Positions 37,309-47,007 of a DNA stretch of 64,000 nucleotides are shown here, one piece after another; positions within the stretch are counted from its first letter, which is position 1; each line of letters opens with the position of its first letter. Position numbers and translations under genes: made by a program. The stretch is taken from the IMG/VR virus record IMGVR_UViG_3300045988_157201. One strand, written 5' to 3'. Source of the DNA: a virus. The notes beneath the pieces were generated by a model, which saw only the letters and a program-made list of their open reading frames with translations, was not told where the DNA came from and searched no databases.

Positions 37309-38452
37309 TTATTTCGCCCTTGTTGTTCTTTTGAATTTTCTTTAATTCAGTTAATTCAGTTTTAATTTGTTTATTGTTTTTATTTAATTCTTCAATTTTT
37401 TCGGTCAAATTAACAATTTCAACATTCAACAGTCTATTCTTTTCAAGTTCATCATCTAATTGCTTGTCTTTTTGAACTATTAATTCTCGCTGAATATCAA
37501 ACATTTCTTTCTGGTCGCTTTCATCAAAAAAACCATTTTTACGAATAGCTTTCATTGACTGTTCTATAGCCCATAGACTACCCTCAGACTGTAATTGTTT
37601 ATAATAATTTGTTTCAGCAGCATCAAAATTTTTTTCTCTTAATTCACGCTGTAAATATGTAAAAGTACCTTTACCAGCTTTTTTATTACTTCTATTCTTT
37701 ACAGAAATTTCATTTTCTTTAGCAATTTTATCATTATTACCAACCTTAGCTGTAATAATGTCGCTAAGCGCTTTAATTTCACCTGACTCGGTTGTTGGAT
37801 TAAGTGCTGCCATTTTAGCATTACATTTCTGTATCATTTCATTATTTATAACAATCTGTAAAATCTGAGATTTTTTATAAGCATCATCTTGAGTTTCTTC
37901 ATCAAGAAAATCTACAAGAGTGTTATATAAATATTTCCTGCTTTTTTCTTGAAAGTCATCGGCAGGGAAAGGGTCATAGCCATAAACATCTATAACCATT
38001 TGCCTATTTTGATTTTCTTCTTTACTCCATTGCCCTGCACTTGTTTGGTCTACAACCTTAATGGTTGTTTCACCTAACTTGCCTTCGACAACACTCGTAA
38101 TAAAGGTTTTACCTCTATATTGCACATTATTTAGAAGTCTTGCATAAACACCAGCACTAAAAGTATCTCTATCTCTCATAACACTTTCGTAAAGAACTTC
38201 ATCATAATACCAATCCATAACTGAACAAATAGTTATCAAAGCCATTCGTTCAGACTTATACTTTTTGTTTGCCTGAGTGTATAAATCCTGCAAGCATACA
38301 GAGCATATATCACCATATCCTGAATTTCTTTGAAAGTATAAAGATTGAGATGATTTATAAAAATTGCCCTTAGCGGTTTTAAACGATTTGCCACATAATC
38401 GGCAGTTATATGTAATTGACAATCTTGGATTTAGAACATTTGCGTTTGCCAA
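37295..38452 (-). CDS. putative terminase small subunit / DNA-recognition protein
   Basis: 385 aa directly upstream of and overlapping TerL. N-terminal CRLCGKSF...CSVC zinc finger, C-terminal coiled coil. TTG start. Confidence 0.4.
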   Translation of the reverse strand: MANANVLNPRLSITYNCRLCGKSFKTAKGNFYKSSQSLYFQRNSGYGDICSVCLQDLYTQANKKYKSERMALITICSVMDWYYDEVLYESVMRDRDTFSAGVYARLLNNVQYRGKTFITSVVEGKLGETTIKVVDQTSAGQWSKEENQNRQMVIDVYGYDPFPADDFQEKSRKYLYNTLVDFLDEETQDDAYKKSQILQIVINNEMIQKCNAKMAALNPTTESGEIKALSDIITAKVGNNDKIAKENEISVKNRSNKKAGKGTFTYLQRELREKNFDAAETNYYKQLQSEGSLWAIEQSMKAIRKNGFFDESDQKEMFDIQRELIVQKDKQLDDELEKNRLLNVEIVNLTEKIEELNKNNKQIKTELTELKKIQKNNKGEINDSE

Positions 38453-38554
38453 CTTATCACCGCCTTATCTTTGTATATAAATAAACTTAAAACAAGGAGC
38501 TTATGCGATAAGCCATCACCCCTTGCAAAAGAACTATTATGTTCTTTTTTTACA

Positions 38555-39832
38555 CTAACTACTCGAAGTAAGACTTTTAGCAACGCTATTAATAGATGAT
38601 TCACTTAATTGGATGTCATACAAACATTCAATAGTCTTATTTGGAGTTGCTACTACAATGAACTGTTCCGCTGTATTTGACAGTCTCTTTTGTATAGCAT
38701 AATTATCAACACCGGACATACAGCCACTCTGTACGACTTTAGTATCATAAATTGATAACATAGCATTGCTGTGTCTATGTCCTATTAAAATGCCGTCAGG
38801 TTTAACACCTGTCATCATTGTCAAATTCTGAACTACGCTTATTGGATTATCATATGTACCGTGAACCGCATACCATAATTTATCATATACTTTAAAACAC
38901 ACCATAGTGTCATCCACTGAATTTTCGGTATAAATATGCACATTTTTATAATTCTGTAAATTTGCCTGCATATAAAACGGAACAAGAGAATCAAGCTCTT
39001 CGCCTTTTAGAGAATCTTCTTTATCAGCCATAACCCTTGAATGATTACCGCTAACTGAATAAATACTAATATCCACAAACTGATTAGCAAGGTCTCTTAC
39101 AAAATTAGATAAATAAGTAGAGGTTGTTTTTATTTGTCTAACTACATCTTCATTATTCTCTAATCGTAAATTGCGGTGAATAATACCACTAATCAAATCA
39201 CCGCCAAGAACAATAACAGCATAATCAGACTTGTGTCGTTCTTTTATTTCACATATCTTATTAAAATATTCCTTTAACCTACATATAAGTTCTTTTGTGT
39301 CATAATTATTCCAAGCATTTTTGCAAACCACACCTGTATGGACATCACTTACAGGGATAATCAATGTTGACGAATCTTTTATACTTAAATTATTCTTTCT
39401 TACACACACTTCGTCACATATAGGTTCAACATTTTCTTGAATAATCCTTTTAACAAGGTCTGCGAAACTTTCTCGTCTTGATTCTTCTCTTTGCAATCGC
39501 CTTAGTTCATTGCGTTCATCACGAATTTTATATTTTTCATTTTCAAGTTCCCTGCGAGCCTGTTTTAATTCCTCAAGATACTTACTATCATCAGCCTGTT
39601 TTGCTTGTAATTCGTCCATTTTACCAAGCATATACTTATAGATAGCATATCCGCCAAATTCAGTATTTTGTGCTTTTCTTAAACTATCTCTATGAATTTT
39701 TAACCCCAAAACATCTACAATGTCTTGCCATTCTAAATCATCAGGTCTTTGGTCTAACAAAATACCGATAAGCCTGATACCATAGTCTCGCCAATTTTCA
39801 TTAGGCAGCTGCTGATACTTTGTGTCAAGCAT
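38555..39832 (-). CDS. calcineurin-like metallophosphoesterase with N-terminal coiled-coil extension
   Basis: Ordered motifs SDVHTG (DxH), LGGDLISG (GD), SGNHSR (GNH), HGT, GHRH. Ends with TAG. Confidence 0.7.
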   Translation of the reverse strand: MLDTKYQQLPNENWRDYGIRLIGILLDQRPDDLEWQDIVDVLGLKIHRDSLRKAQNTEFGGYAIYKYMLGKMDELQAKQADDSKYLEELKQARRELENEKYKIRDERNELRRLQREESRRESFADLVKRIIQENVEPICDEVCVRKNNLSIKDSSTLIIPVSDVHTGVVCKNAWNNYDTKELICRLKEYFNKICEIKERHKSDYAVIVLGGDLISGIIHRNLRLENNEDVVRQIKTTSTYLSNFVRDLANQFVDISIYSVSGNHSRVMADKEDSLKGEELDSLVPFYMQANLQNYKNVHIYTENSVDDTMVCFKVYDKLWYAVHGTYDNPISVVQNLTMMTGVKPDGILIGHRHSNAMLSIYDTKVVQSGCMSGVDNYAIQKRLSNTAEQFIVVATPNKTIECLYDIQLSESSINSVAKSLTSSS

Positions 39833-40058
39833 ATCGGTTAAATTTCTTTCTATTAAACTTATTAGAATTATATCTTGTTCTCAATGTTTTATTCGCAATC
39901 TCATTTGTATCTTTAATAAGTTCAAGATATTTTCTAATTTCGGGGCAAAAATATTTATGTCTCTTTGATTTTTGGGCTACTGTTCTTCTAAGTTCAGCCA
40001 TTGGATATTTTGCCCTGATTTTAAGACTTTCTTCTTTTGTAATTGGAAATATAATCAA
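39825..40058 (-). CDS. small basic protein
   Basis: 77-aa Lys/Arg-rich ORF overlapping the next gene by 8 nt. Confidence 0.4.
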   Translation of the reverse strand: MIIFPITKEESLKIRAKYPMAELRRTVAQKSKRHKYFCPEIRKYLELIKDTNEIANKTLRTRYNSNKFNRKKFNRYA

Positions 40059-40081
40059 TCACTCTTTCATATTTATATTTT

Positions 40082-40121
40082 AAAAAAAGAGAGTGTAAGT
40101 AGGGGAGTTATTACACTCTCT
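40082..40121 (-). terminator. rho-independent terminator after the RNAP gene
   Basis: 11-bp stem AGAGAGTGTAA / TTACACTCTCT followed on the minus strand by a 7-U run (plus-strand A-run 40082-40088). Confidence 0.65.
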
Positions 40122-40242
40122 TCTCCATATCCACTTTTTAGCAAAGGCTAAAAAATGGCTTAAATACTGTGTTTTTCGGGTGTCGTGCCTTGAAAAATCT
40201 TAGTTTTTTGCCGTTTTTTGCAAAAAAATCGAAGAAATTACA

Positions 40243-40954
40243 TTAATTATTCTCTCTATACTTATAAGAAAAATCATATAATTTCACAATCTGATTATCT
40301 GCATTTGTCTTACATTCTTCAAGTTCAAACATTTTTTCTTGATTATTCCTTATTAAATCGGCAAAATCCATATTCTTATACGAGAACATAGCAGACATAA
40401 TCAATGAAGAATAACTTTTATGTGTAGGTTTTTCGATTAATGAAAGAAGATAAGTTATAGTTTTATGAGAAATTTTAAGTGAATTTATGTATTCAATGCA
40501 ATCTTCTTTAATATTTTCAACCATACCTACACAATCTTTATACGAAAAAGATTCATCGTTCTCACTATCAGTGCTCTTTCGATTTCTATACATTACCCAA
40601 AATGAATTAATTTCATCTTTTGTATCTTGAATTGCCAATAAAATTCTTTCGACCTGTTCATAATACACTTGTCCTTCAATTTCATTAAGAGGCTTAAAAA
40701 TTTCAGAAAAACCTAAATCTTGTTCATTTCTTTTTATACGAGAAACTTTATTTAAAACAAGTTCTATGTAATCCATTGTGGTATGATACAATTGATAAAC
40801 TTTATTATTATTTCCATATCCCTTGTATTGGTCTAAATACTTAAAAAAGAATGGTCGTATATATTTTTTATTATCATCATAAATTGCATATTTGGCTTTT
40901 AGTATATTCAACTCTTTTGTATTATTTGCGGGATTTTCTCGCTTTGCTGAGTCT
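40243..40954 (-). CDS. YonO/RdRP-like single-subunit RNA polymerase, exon 2
   Basis: The frame stays open upstream of the annotated TTG and reads DSAKRENPANNTKELNILKAKY...IRPFFF. It joins exon 1 in frame after removal of the intron at 40955-41309. Confidence 0.6.
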
Positions 40955-41309
40955 CCTTGTGTTCACCAAAGAGCGTTAATCTCTGGCAGTTCTCTTACGA
41001 ACTTCTTGTGCTCACACACAAGAGCAGACTATATCTTCATCCGTTCTGGAGTACACTACTGTTACTCACTTGAGTAAACTTAGTCGTTGGACTTTACCTT
41101 ACGGTCTTAGCTGCTGATTAACAATTATTTATGTACTTAGGATTTAACCATATACCATATTACTGATTTTTTCTACTTTCGTAACTTTCACACTTATGCC
41201 TATGTTCCAAGGCATTATGTTGTAGTTCAGTAATCTTTATGCCGTCCCAGCAATCCAATGTATTTATTATTGTACACATTCCTGTATACCGAGACCTTCT
41301 CTCACAAAA
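40955..41309 (-). ncRNA. group I intron (ORF-less, about 355 nt)
   Basis: Minus-strand RNA carries P (AUUGCUGGGA, 41242-41256), Q (AAUCAGCAGC, 41110-41119), R (GUCCAACGACUAAG, 41079-41091) and S (AAGAUAUAGUCU, 26-37 of 410xx) elements. P4 and P7 pairings are possible. U precedes the 5' splice site, G precedes the 3' splice site, and local GC is higher. Confidence 0.8.
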
Positions 41310-43435
41310 ATCTCTAAATTGCTCATAACATCTAATTGAGCAATGTCAGCATATAACTCCTGCACTATACTTGATTGAATATCATTACCTTGGTAAATTA
41401 ATTCCCAAAGTTTTGAATTTAACTCTTGAGATAAATTTATAATCTCACCAATCTTATTAGTTCCTGTCTTTATATCAAGGTCGGCTTTATCTTCTGGTGT
41501 ATATCTTCTTTTACACTCTGTACTTTCAACTAACTTTGTCGGTACAAGGAAATTATTATAATTCCTCATAGCAGAATCAAATAATATTTTATTATCCGTC
41601 AATAAAATTGTGTCTGAGTCAAAATCACAACCAGATAATTGCTCTAACAGATTATCACCAATACTATTAACACAAACTATTTCATTACTTAAATTGAAAT
41701 ATCTCTCAATATTTTTATTTATTTCATTTTTGCAGCACAAGATATTTCCCATTGTAATATGTGGAGACCTACTACCTAATAAATTTGCACCGTTCTCAAA
41801 CATTTTACAGTGAACCGTTCCACTTTTAATTTCACTTATTCCATTAAATTTTCCGATACAAGACTTTAACATCTCTAAAGGATTTCCAAATAAAGTTGAA
41901 TAATTACCGTGAACTAATATATGACCTTTCCTACAGTTCTTAACAAAAGCCTTAACAGTTTCATTGCGAAATTCTTTATACATTTTTGTTTTGCTAAATT
42001 TACTGTTTAATCCAAGTAGGTAATATACAATATCGTTTTTAGTAACAAGACTTCTACTTTTACTATAATCTGGCATTGAGTATTTTAAATGATACCTAAA
42101 AACCATTTCATTTGTTTTAAGCAAATTGATATATTCAAGTGTAGGCTTTAAAAACTCTTTTACTTCTTTTTCACTCATTTGTAAAGTGTTAAGTAGCTGA
42201 TAATGAGTTTGTACCATCCTACCGTCAAAGTAGTGTGTGGGTTTTTCGTGTTTAACAATTCCAAACTGTGGTTCAATAGTCCATAACCAATCTTCCAATT
42301 TGCCAAATTTTAAGTATTTAATACTGCTTGGAGTGGTAATTAATTTTATTTCAGACAAACTTTTTGCTTGAGTATAACCTTTTAATTGTGATATTTCAGT
42401 AATGTCATTATCCTCAAACCATTTTTGTATATTTGTATTAAAGCAAGCTGATTTAAAAAATCTTGTTCTCAAAAGTAACATACCATAATTTTTATACCGC
42501 TCTCCAAATTTACTTACATCCAACAAAGACTGTCCGTCAAAAATACTGTTTGCCATATTAACTTTTTGAGGAGATGTAGTTAAACGGCAACCTTCATTAA
42601 TTTTTGTCGCCATACAATTAATTGTAAATTTACTTTTATAATCATCAATTACCAATATTTCGTTAGAATAAATGTCAACCGTGTCTATAATTGAAGAAAG
42701 TGTCAAAGCCATATATGGTTCAAGACTTGCCAAATCACAATCGCTACCGTTTTTTATATCCAAACCGCACAAACTCCACTTGTGCATTTTTTTATAAAGT
42801 TTTTCGTCTATAAACAAACACTTTCCAACTCGACTACTTCCACTACTTCTTTTAAAACGAACATATTTAATGCCGTCACACACAAATCCCTCTTTGTACA
42901 ACGATTTGCGAATATCCGATACCGTGTTGAGTGTTTTAAAATTTCCCTTAACCCTATAAACTTTTAATTCGGAATCATAACAAAAATATTTTCCTAACAA
43001 ATCTTGTGACAGGGGAGAGGTCACAAGATAATCAGTAGTAATATCTTTTTCTTTAAAATTTTTTGAAACAGCTTTTATTGCTATAAGTTTACCGTCTTTT
43101 ATACAAACATTATCATTTAACTCAATTTCATATTTGCTATACCCAAACTTGACATACAACCCAAAACCTACATTGTTAAATTCTTTATTGCTATAATCAA
43201 AGGTCATATTAATAATATGCTTGCTGTATTTTTTTTGCCCTATGTATTCAAAAAAGCGTTTATTTCGGTAAACTTCTTTGTGAATGTCTATCATTTTTAT
43301 TAAATCCAAGCTATAATCAAAAGTAGCAAGGAACTTCTTTATATTCAAATCTCCATTTCTGTCTCTTAGTGTATAACCATTCATTTGCTTGTTAATATTG
43401 TGATTGGCTACATACACATCTTTTCCGTCAAGCAA
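41310..43435 (-). CDS. YonO/RdRP-like single-subunit RNA polymerase, exon 1
   Basis: Motifs LRTRFFKSAC, GSRSPHITMGNI, LSGCDFDSDTILLTDN (Asp triad like NADFDGD / DxDGD), then ...AQLDVMSNLEI at the exon end. Start is TTG at 43435, or ATA at 43489, which lies 7 nt after AGGGGTG. Confidence 0.6.
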
Positions 43436-43550
43436 CGGAATATTTACAGCCTCAATATCAGGCTTATAACAATTACCTTGATATGTTATGCTGTAACACC
43501 CCTAAAAGAATATATTAAATATCACTCTCCTAATTTTATTATTATTATTT

Positions 43551-44261
43551 TTAAATTAACTTAGTGTAGCAGATGAGTAAAACTAAACACCACATAACAT
43601 CTTCAAATAATGTACCAAATGTATCATAATACATCGGCATAACTGCATCACCTCGTATGAAGTACAAATATTCACGAACAATATTAGAAAAATTAACAAT
43701 ATTAAAAATATTAGTTAAATTATAATTTATGAAATGTTTTGATGGCAATTCTCCAATCATATGGCGCATAATTGAACTTATACGCCTCTGAAAAGACTTA
43801 TTTTCTATGTCAACAAATAGCTCTTCTTCATTTCTTTCACAAACTTCTTTATAAGTCCTATTATTCCATAACGGAATATTAGAACTTTTAAAACTTGTAG
43901 CTGCAAACGCTTTTACTAAATCTTCTATTGATTCATCAGTAGGTAGTTTAAAGTCATAACATTTTATCTTATTAGAAAATAAAAATCTATCTTCTAACCC
44001 TTGCACATTTACTTTACTCAAAAGCTCTTTTTCATAAATAGTCTTTGCGATAGACACAATCGCTTTAAAAAGACCGATATATCTTTCGACCTCATTGTCA
44101 AAATAAAGCAAATCTTCAAACTCAAAAGTCCATTTATCATTTTCATCACATTGCACTTCAAATACATACAAATGCGTTTTGTTTAAATCATAATCTATGT
44201 ACACAGTTCCTTGGTCTGTATATCCACACACAAAAGGCTTAATTGCCACTGGTGTAATCAT
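43551..44261 (-). CDS. hypothetical protein
   Basis: 236-aa ORF. No motif recognised. Confidence 0.45.
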   Translation of the reverse strand: MITPVAIKPFVCGYTDQGTVYIDYDLNKTHLYVFEVQCDENDKWTFEFEDLLYFDNEVERYIGLFKAIVSIAKTIYEKELLSKVNVQGLEDRFLFSNKIKCYDFKLPTDESIEDLVKAFAATSFKSSNIPLWNNRTYKEVCERNEEELFVDIENKSFQRRISSIMRHMIGELPSKHFINYNLTNIFNIVNFSNIVREYLYFIRGDAVMPMYYDTFGTLFEDVMWCLVLLICYTKLI

Positions 44262-44263
44262 TT

Positions 44264-44563
44264 TTAATCAGTCCTTTCTGAATCCATTTTTGCACCGCAA
44301 ATAGGACAATAATTTAAAATAGAACAATAATTTAAGCATATCTTTTCAGGTATGTCATCAATATCTATTAAAGTATTACAATTAGAACACCTCAACTTGT
44401 ATTTATATTCAATCCACTTTGCGTGTTTAATCTCTTGTACATCAGCTTTCGGTATAGCATTAATAATTGAATCAATAAATAATTTATCTTTGGGATAATA
44501 CTTTCTCATCCATAAGAACACTGCTTTACGCTCAATATAATCTTCACATTCTTTTTCAGCCAT
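44264..44563 (-). CDS. zinc-ribbon protein
   Basis: Start at MAEKECEDY, overlapping the MazG stop. The C-terminus reads CSNC...YCPICGAKMD. Confidence 0.45.
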   Translation of the reverse strand: MAEKECEDYIERKAVFLWMRKYYPKDKLFIDSIINAIPKADVQEIKHAKWIEYKYKLRCSNCNTLIDIDDIPEKICLNYCSILNYCPICGAKMDSERTD

Positions 44564-44894
44564 TATTGTCTCTTTCCAATTTATCACTATTTTTCCCCAT
44601 TCTTCTTTCAAGCCGCTCAATCTTTTTCTGTTTCCATTTATTCACTTCTTTATCACATTGAAACATTATCTTGCATTGTTCAAGCATAATTTCAACATCT
44701 GCCATTTCTTCAAAAATATTATCAACAGATTTCAAATCATCTTCAAGTGATATTTTTTCTTTAGTATAATTTAATCTTATAAGGCTTTTACACAAAGCCT
44801 GCGACAATTCAGACAACTCTTCGACCGTCTTTATCATCTGATTTTCAACACCGTATGTATTGATTGCTTTATACATAGTCTCTTTTGATGTCAT
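44556..44894 (-). CDS. MazG-like nucleotide pyrophosphohydrolase
   Basis: About 112 aa with TVEELSELSQAL and EEMADVEIML (the EExxE/D metal-binding helices of the all-alpha NTP-PPase fold). Confidence 0.6.
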   Translation of the reverse strand: MTSKETMYKAINTYGVENQMIKTVEELSELSQALCKSLIRLNYTKEKISLEDDLKSVDNIFEEMADVEIMLEQCKIMFQCDKEVNKWKQKKIERLERRMGKNSDKLERDNNG

Positions 44895-45058
44895 TATTCT
44901 GCCTCGCTTTCTAGCCAATGTTTTTTGCAATCAATGCAGTTACCGTGAAATTTATTACAATATTCCATCGGAACATGACCGACACACCCGAGCAAAGTAA
45001 TATCACCTTGAACCATTTCGTCAATTGACATCTGTTTGATTTTCTCGTAATTAGTCAT
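44894..45058 (-). CDS. small Cys-rich protein
   Basis: Start at MTNYEKIKQ, overlapping the upstream stop. Contains CVGH...CNKFHGNCIDC. Confidence 0.4.
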   Translation of the reverse strand: MTNYEKIKQMSIDEMVQGDITLLGCVGHVPMEYCNKFHGNCIDCKKHWLESEAE

Positions 45059-45473
45059 TGTTTTCCTCCTTATCCATTCTCGCACCGCAATGTGGGCAAT
45101 AGTTTTCAAATTGATAACGGTTGTTAATGACTTGATAAACAACCTCTCTCCCGCAAGTTAAGCAGTATGCTTCCGCTTCACCTACTTTTCTGTCTTTCTT
45201 TTTTACCCACTTTGAGAGTTTAACTTCGTCAACAACTTTAAGTTTAATTTTTATACGACTGATTTTTTTAATGTGGGACAATCTAAAAACACAATTACTA
45301 ACAACCTTATCCCCACAAGTGCAGAAATATCGTAACTTTGGTATTGACAAATTAGCGTCATTTTCAAAGGCTTTTTCACCTGTTTTATGTAAAATGCCCT
45401 CAATCACCGTTCCGTCAAAAAGTACGATTTCAACATATTTCCCTAAATGTCTTTCGAGTTCATATCTTGTCAT
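45051..45473 (-). CDS. hypothetical protein with C-terminal zinc ribbon
   Basis: Start at MTRYELERHLGK after AAGGAG. The C-terminus reads CLTCG...YCPHCGARMD, similar to the 44264-44563 product. Confidence 0.45.
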   Translation of the reverse strand: MTRYELERHLGKYVEIVLFDGTVIEGILHKTGEKAFENDANLSIPKLRYFCTCGDKVVSNCVFRLSHIKKISRIKIKLKVVDEVKLSKWVKKKDRKVGEAEAYCLTCGREVVYQVINNRYQFENYCPHCGARMDKEENND

Positions 45474-45543
45474 AATTTTTACTCCTTTAAAGTTCTGACT
45501 TTTTCGCCATATCTGCGAGTTTGACCTCTGAATAATATTTCTC

Positions 45544-46026
45544 TCATTTATTTTCACCCTCCTCAACAGGCTGATTCGTTATTTGTTTCATCAAGTCTCT
45601 TTTCCATCTAATTTTCTTCTCTCTCGGTACACCGTTATCACGACATCTGTTTCCGCTCCATATCACGCCTCCCGCACTTCCTTCGCAGACAAAATTGCTT
45701 GCTCGTAAACTCACACCACTCTCCGATTGCAATGTGTAGGTTATTATCTTTTTATAGCCCATATTTTTTGCAATTCTACAGCACGCACCGTATAGCATAC
45801 TACACCCATTCTTGTATCCATCAAGTACGCAAACCCTGTTAATTTCGCACGTTTCGCCATTATCATAATATCTGCTCACAGGTCTGCCACATACAGCACA
45901 ACCAATTAATTTTGCATTATCATACAACCCAACGCAAAACTTACATCCTACAGTCGCATTATGATGTCTGTGATGTAAATTGATAAAGTTACTTGCTTCT
46001 CTAAATGTCACAGGCTTAATTTCCAT
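45544..46026 (-). CDS. GNAT-fold protein of the XF1762/Mom-like type (possible DNA base modification enzyme)
   Basis: EASNFINLHHRHHNATVGCKFCVGLY ... INRVCVLDGYKNGCSMLYGACCRIAKNMGYKKIITYTLQSESGVSLRASNF matches my recollection of the Mom-related acyltransferase family. Not verified by search. Confidence 0.45.
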   Translation of the reverse strand: MEIKPVTFREASNFINLHHRHHNATVGCKFCVGLYDNAKLIGCAVCGRPVSRYYDNGETCEINRVCVLDGYKNGCSMLYGACCRIAKNMGYKKIITYTLQSESGVSLRASNFVCEGSAGGVIWSGNRCRDNGVPREKKIRWKRDLMKQITNQPVEEGENK

Positions 46027-46112
46027 CACTCTTCACCGCCCTCAATAGGAATATGCTGATTCCAACATTCAACGCAGTTATGACCTTTTCTTGTAATACC
46101 AAACATACGATT

Positions 46113-46517
46113 CTAACCCTCTTTGTCTACAATTTGATTTATAACATTTTTGCACTCTGCAACAATTTCTTCTGTTGTCCATCGCTTTTCCCATTCTCCG
46201 TCAACACCAAACATATTTATATAAGAATTAGGTATATAATCACCGTAGTGAGCATAATCCCATCCAATATACCATTTACCATTAGTTCTTTCTGTGTCTA
46301 TAGCAGATAAGTAATCTCTACCGTAAGTTAATCCTCCATGACAGTCAATATCATTCTCATTATAATCTTTATTTGCCAATGAAGTGTTTGACACATCTAC
46401 ATAAGCACACGGATGTGTTCCATAACTAACAACATAAAAACAAAAACCTTTATAATCTCCTGCTGCTAAAATTTCTCCTTTTTTACTTCTGTTAGGTGTG
46501 TATATCATCTGTTTCAT
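46113..46517 (-). CDS. hypothetical phage protein
   Basis: 134-aa ORF with conserved-looking blocks THPCAYV, CHGGLTY, GWDYAHYGDY. Confidence 0.45.
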   Translation of the reverse strand: MKQMIYTPNRSKKGEILAAGDYKGFCFYVVSYGTHPCAYVDVSNTSLANKDYNENDIDCHGGLTYGRDYLSAIDTERTNGKWYIGWDYAHYGDYIPNSYINMFGVDGEWEKRWTTEEIVAECKNVINQIVDKEG

Positions 46518-46641
46518 CTTATTACCTCCGTTGAAAAGTTTCGCCTATAAAGGCTCTTTAACTTATTAAAATATTGGTTTTATTTTTAGTCGTCATCTTC
46601 TATACATATATTTTTCAAATATTTGTCAATGGTTGTAGATT

Positions 46642-46752
46642 TCATTCTTTCACCTCTACAAATTCACCGTTTTCTTCTTCAAATACAGTGTTTTCTGCGT
46701 ACCGTTTGCCTCTGCAAACTAAACCCTTGTTAAATGCTTTATAACCTTTCAT
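46642..46752 (-). CDS. 36-aa fragment paralogous to the N-terminus of the 63086-63910 product
   Basis: Hand-translated MKGYKAFNKGLVCRGKRYAENTVFEEENGEFVEVKE, compared with MIKGYKGFSKGLVCRDKQYAENTVFNCESG. Confidence 0.4.
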   Translation of the reverse strand: MKGYKAFNKGLVCRGKRYAENTVFEEENGEFVEVKE

Positions 46753-46758
46753 TATTTA

Positions 46759-47007
46759 TCATTCCTCACTTTCTTTTATTTTATATTGTTGCATCTCGTT
46801 TTCTGACAAACTGACACCATCGTCAACCAACCTTGAACAGTATGGACACACACATTGTATAGTAAAACCTGCTATTTCATAATAACAATTATATTGAGTA
46901 ACTGTTTCATATTCTCGACAGTTTGCTATAAACTTACAACCACAGTTAGAGCAGTCAAACTTCCTTAACTCTAACTTGTCAGGATTCCCTTGCTTGATAA
47001 TCGTCAA
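46759..47007 (-). CDS. zinc-ribbon protein
   Basis: 82 aa with CSNCGC ... CPYCSRL. Confidence 0.45.
   Translation of the reverse strand: MTIIKQGNPDKLELRKFDCSNCGCKFIANCREYETVTQYNCYYEIAGFTIQCVCPYCSRLVDDGVSLSENEMQQYKIKESEE

Noticed and set aside
43436-43550. A second intron separating 43551-44261 from the RNAP gene
   Set aside because: The gap is only 115 nt, too short for a group I intron, and contains no core elements. It instead has an AGGAGAG/AGGGGTG RBS region, so the two are separate genes.
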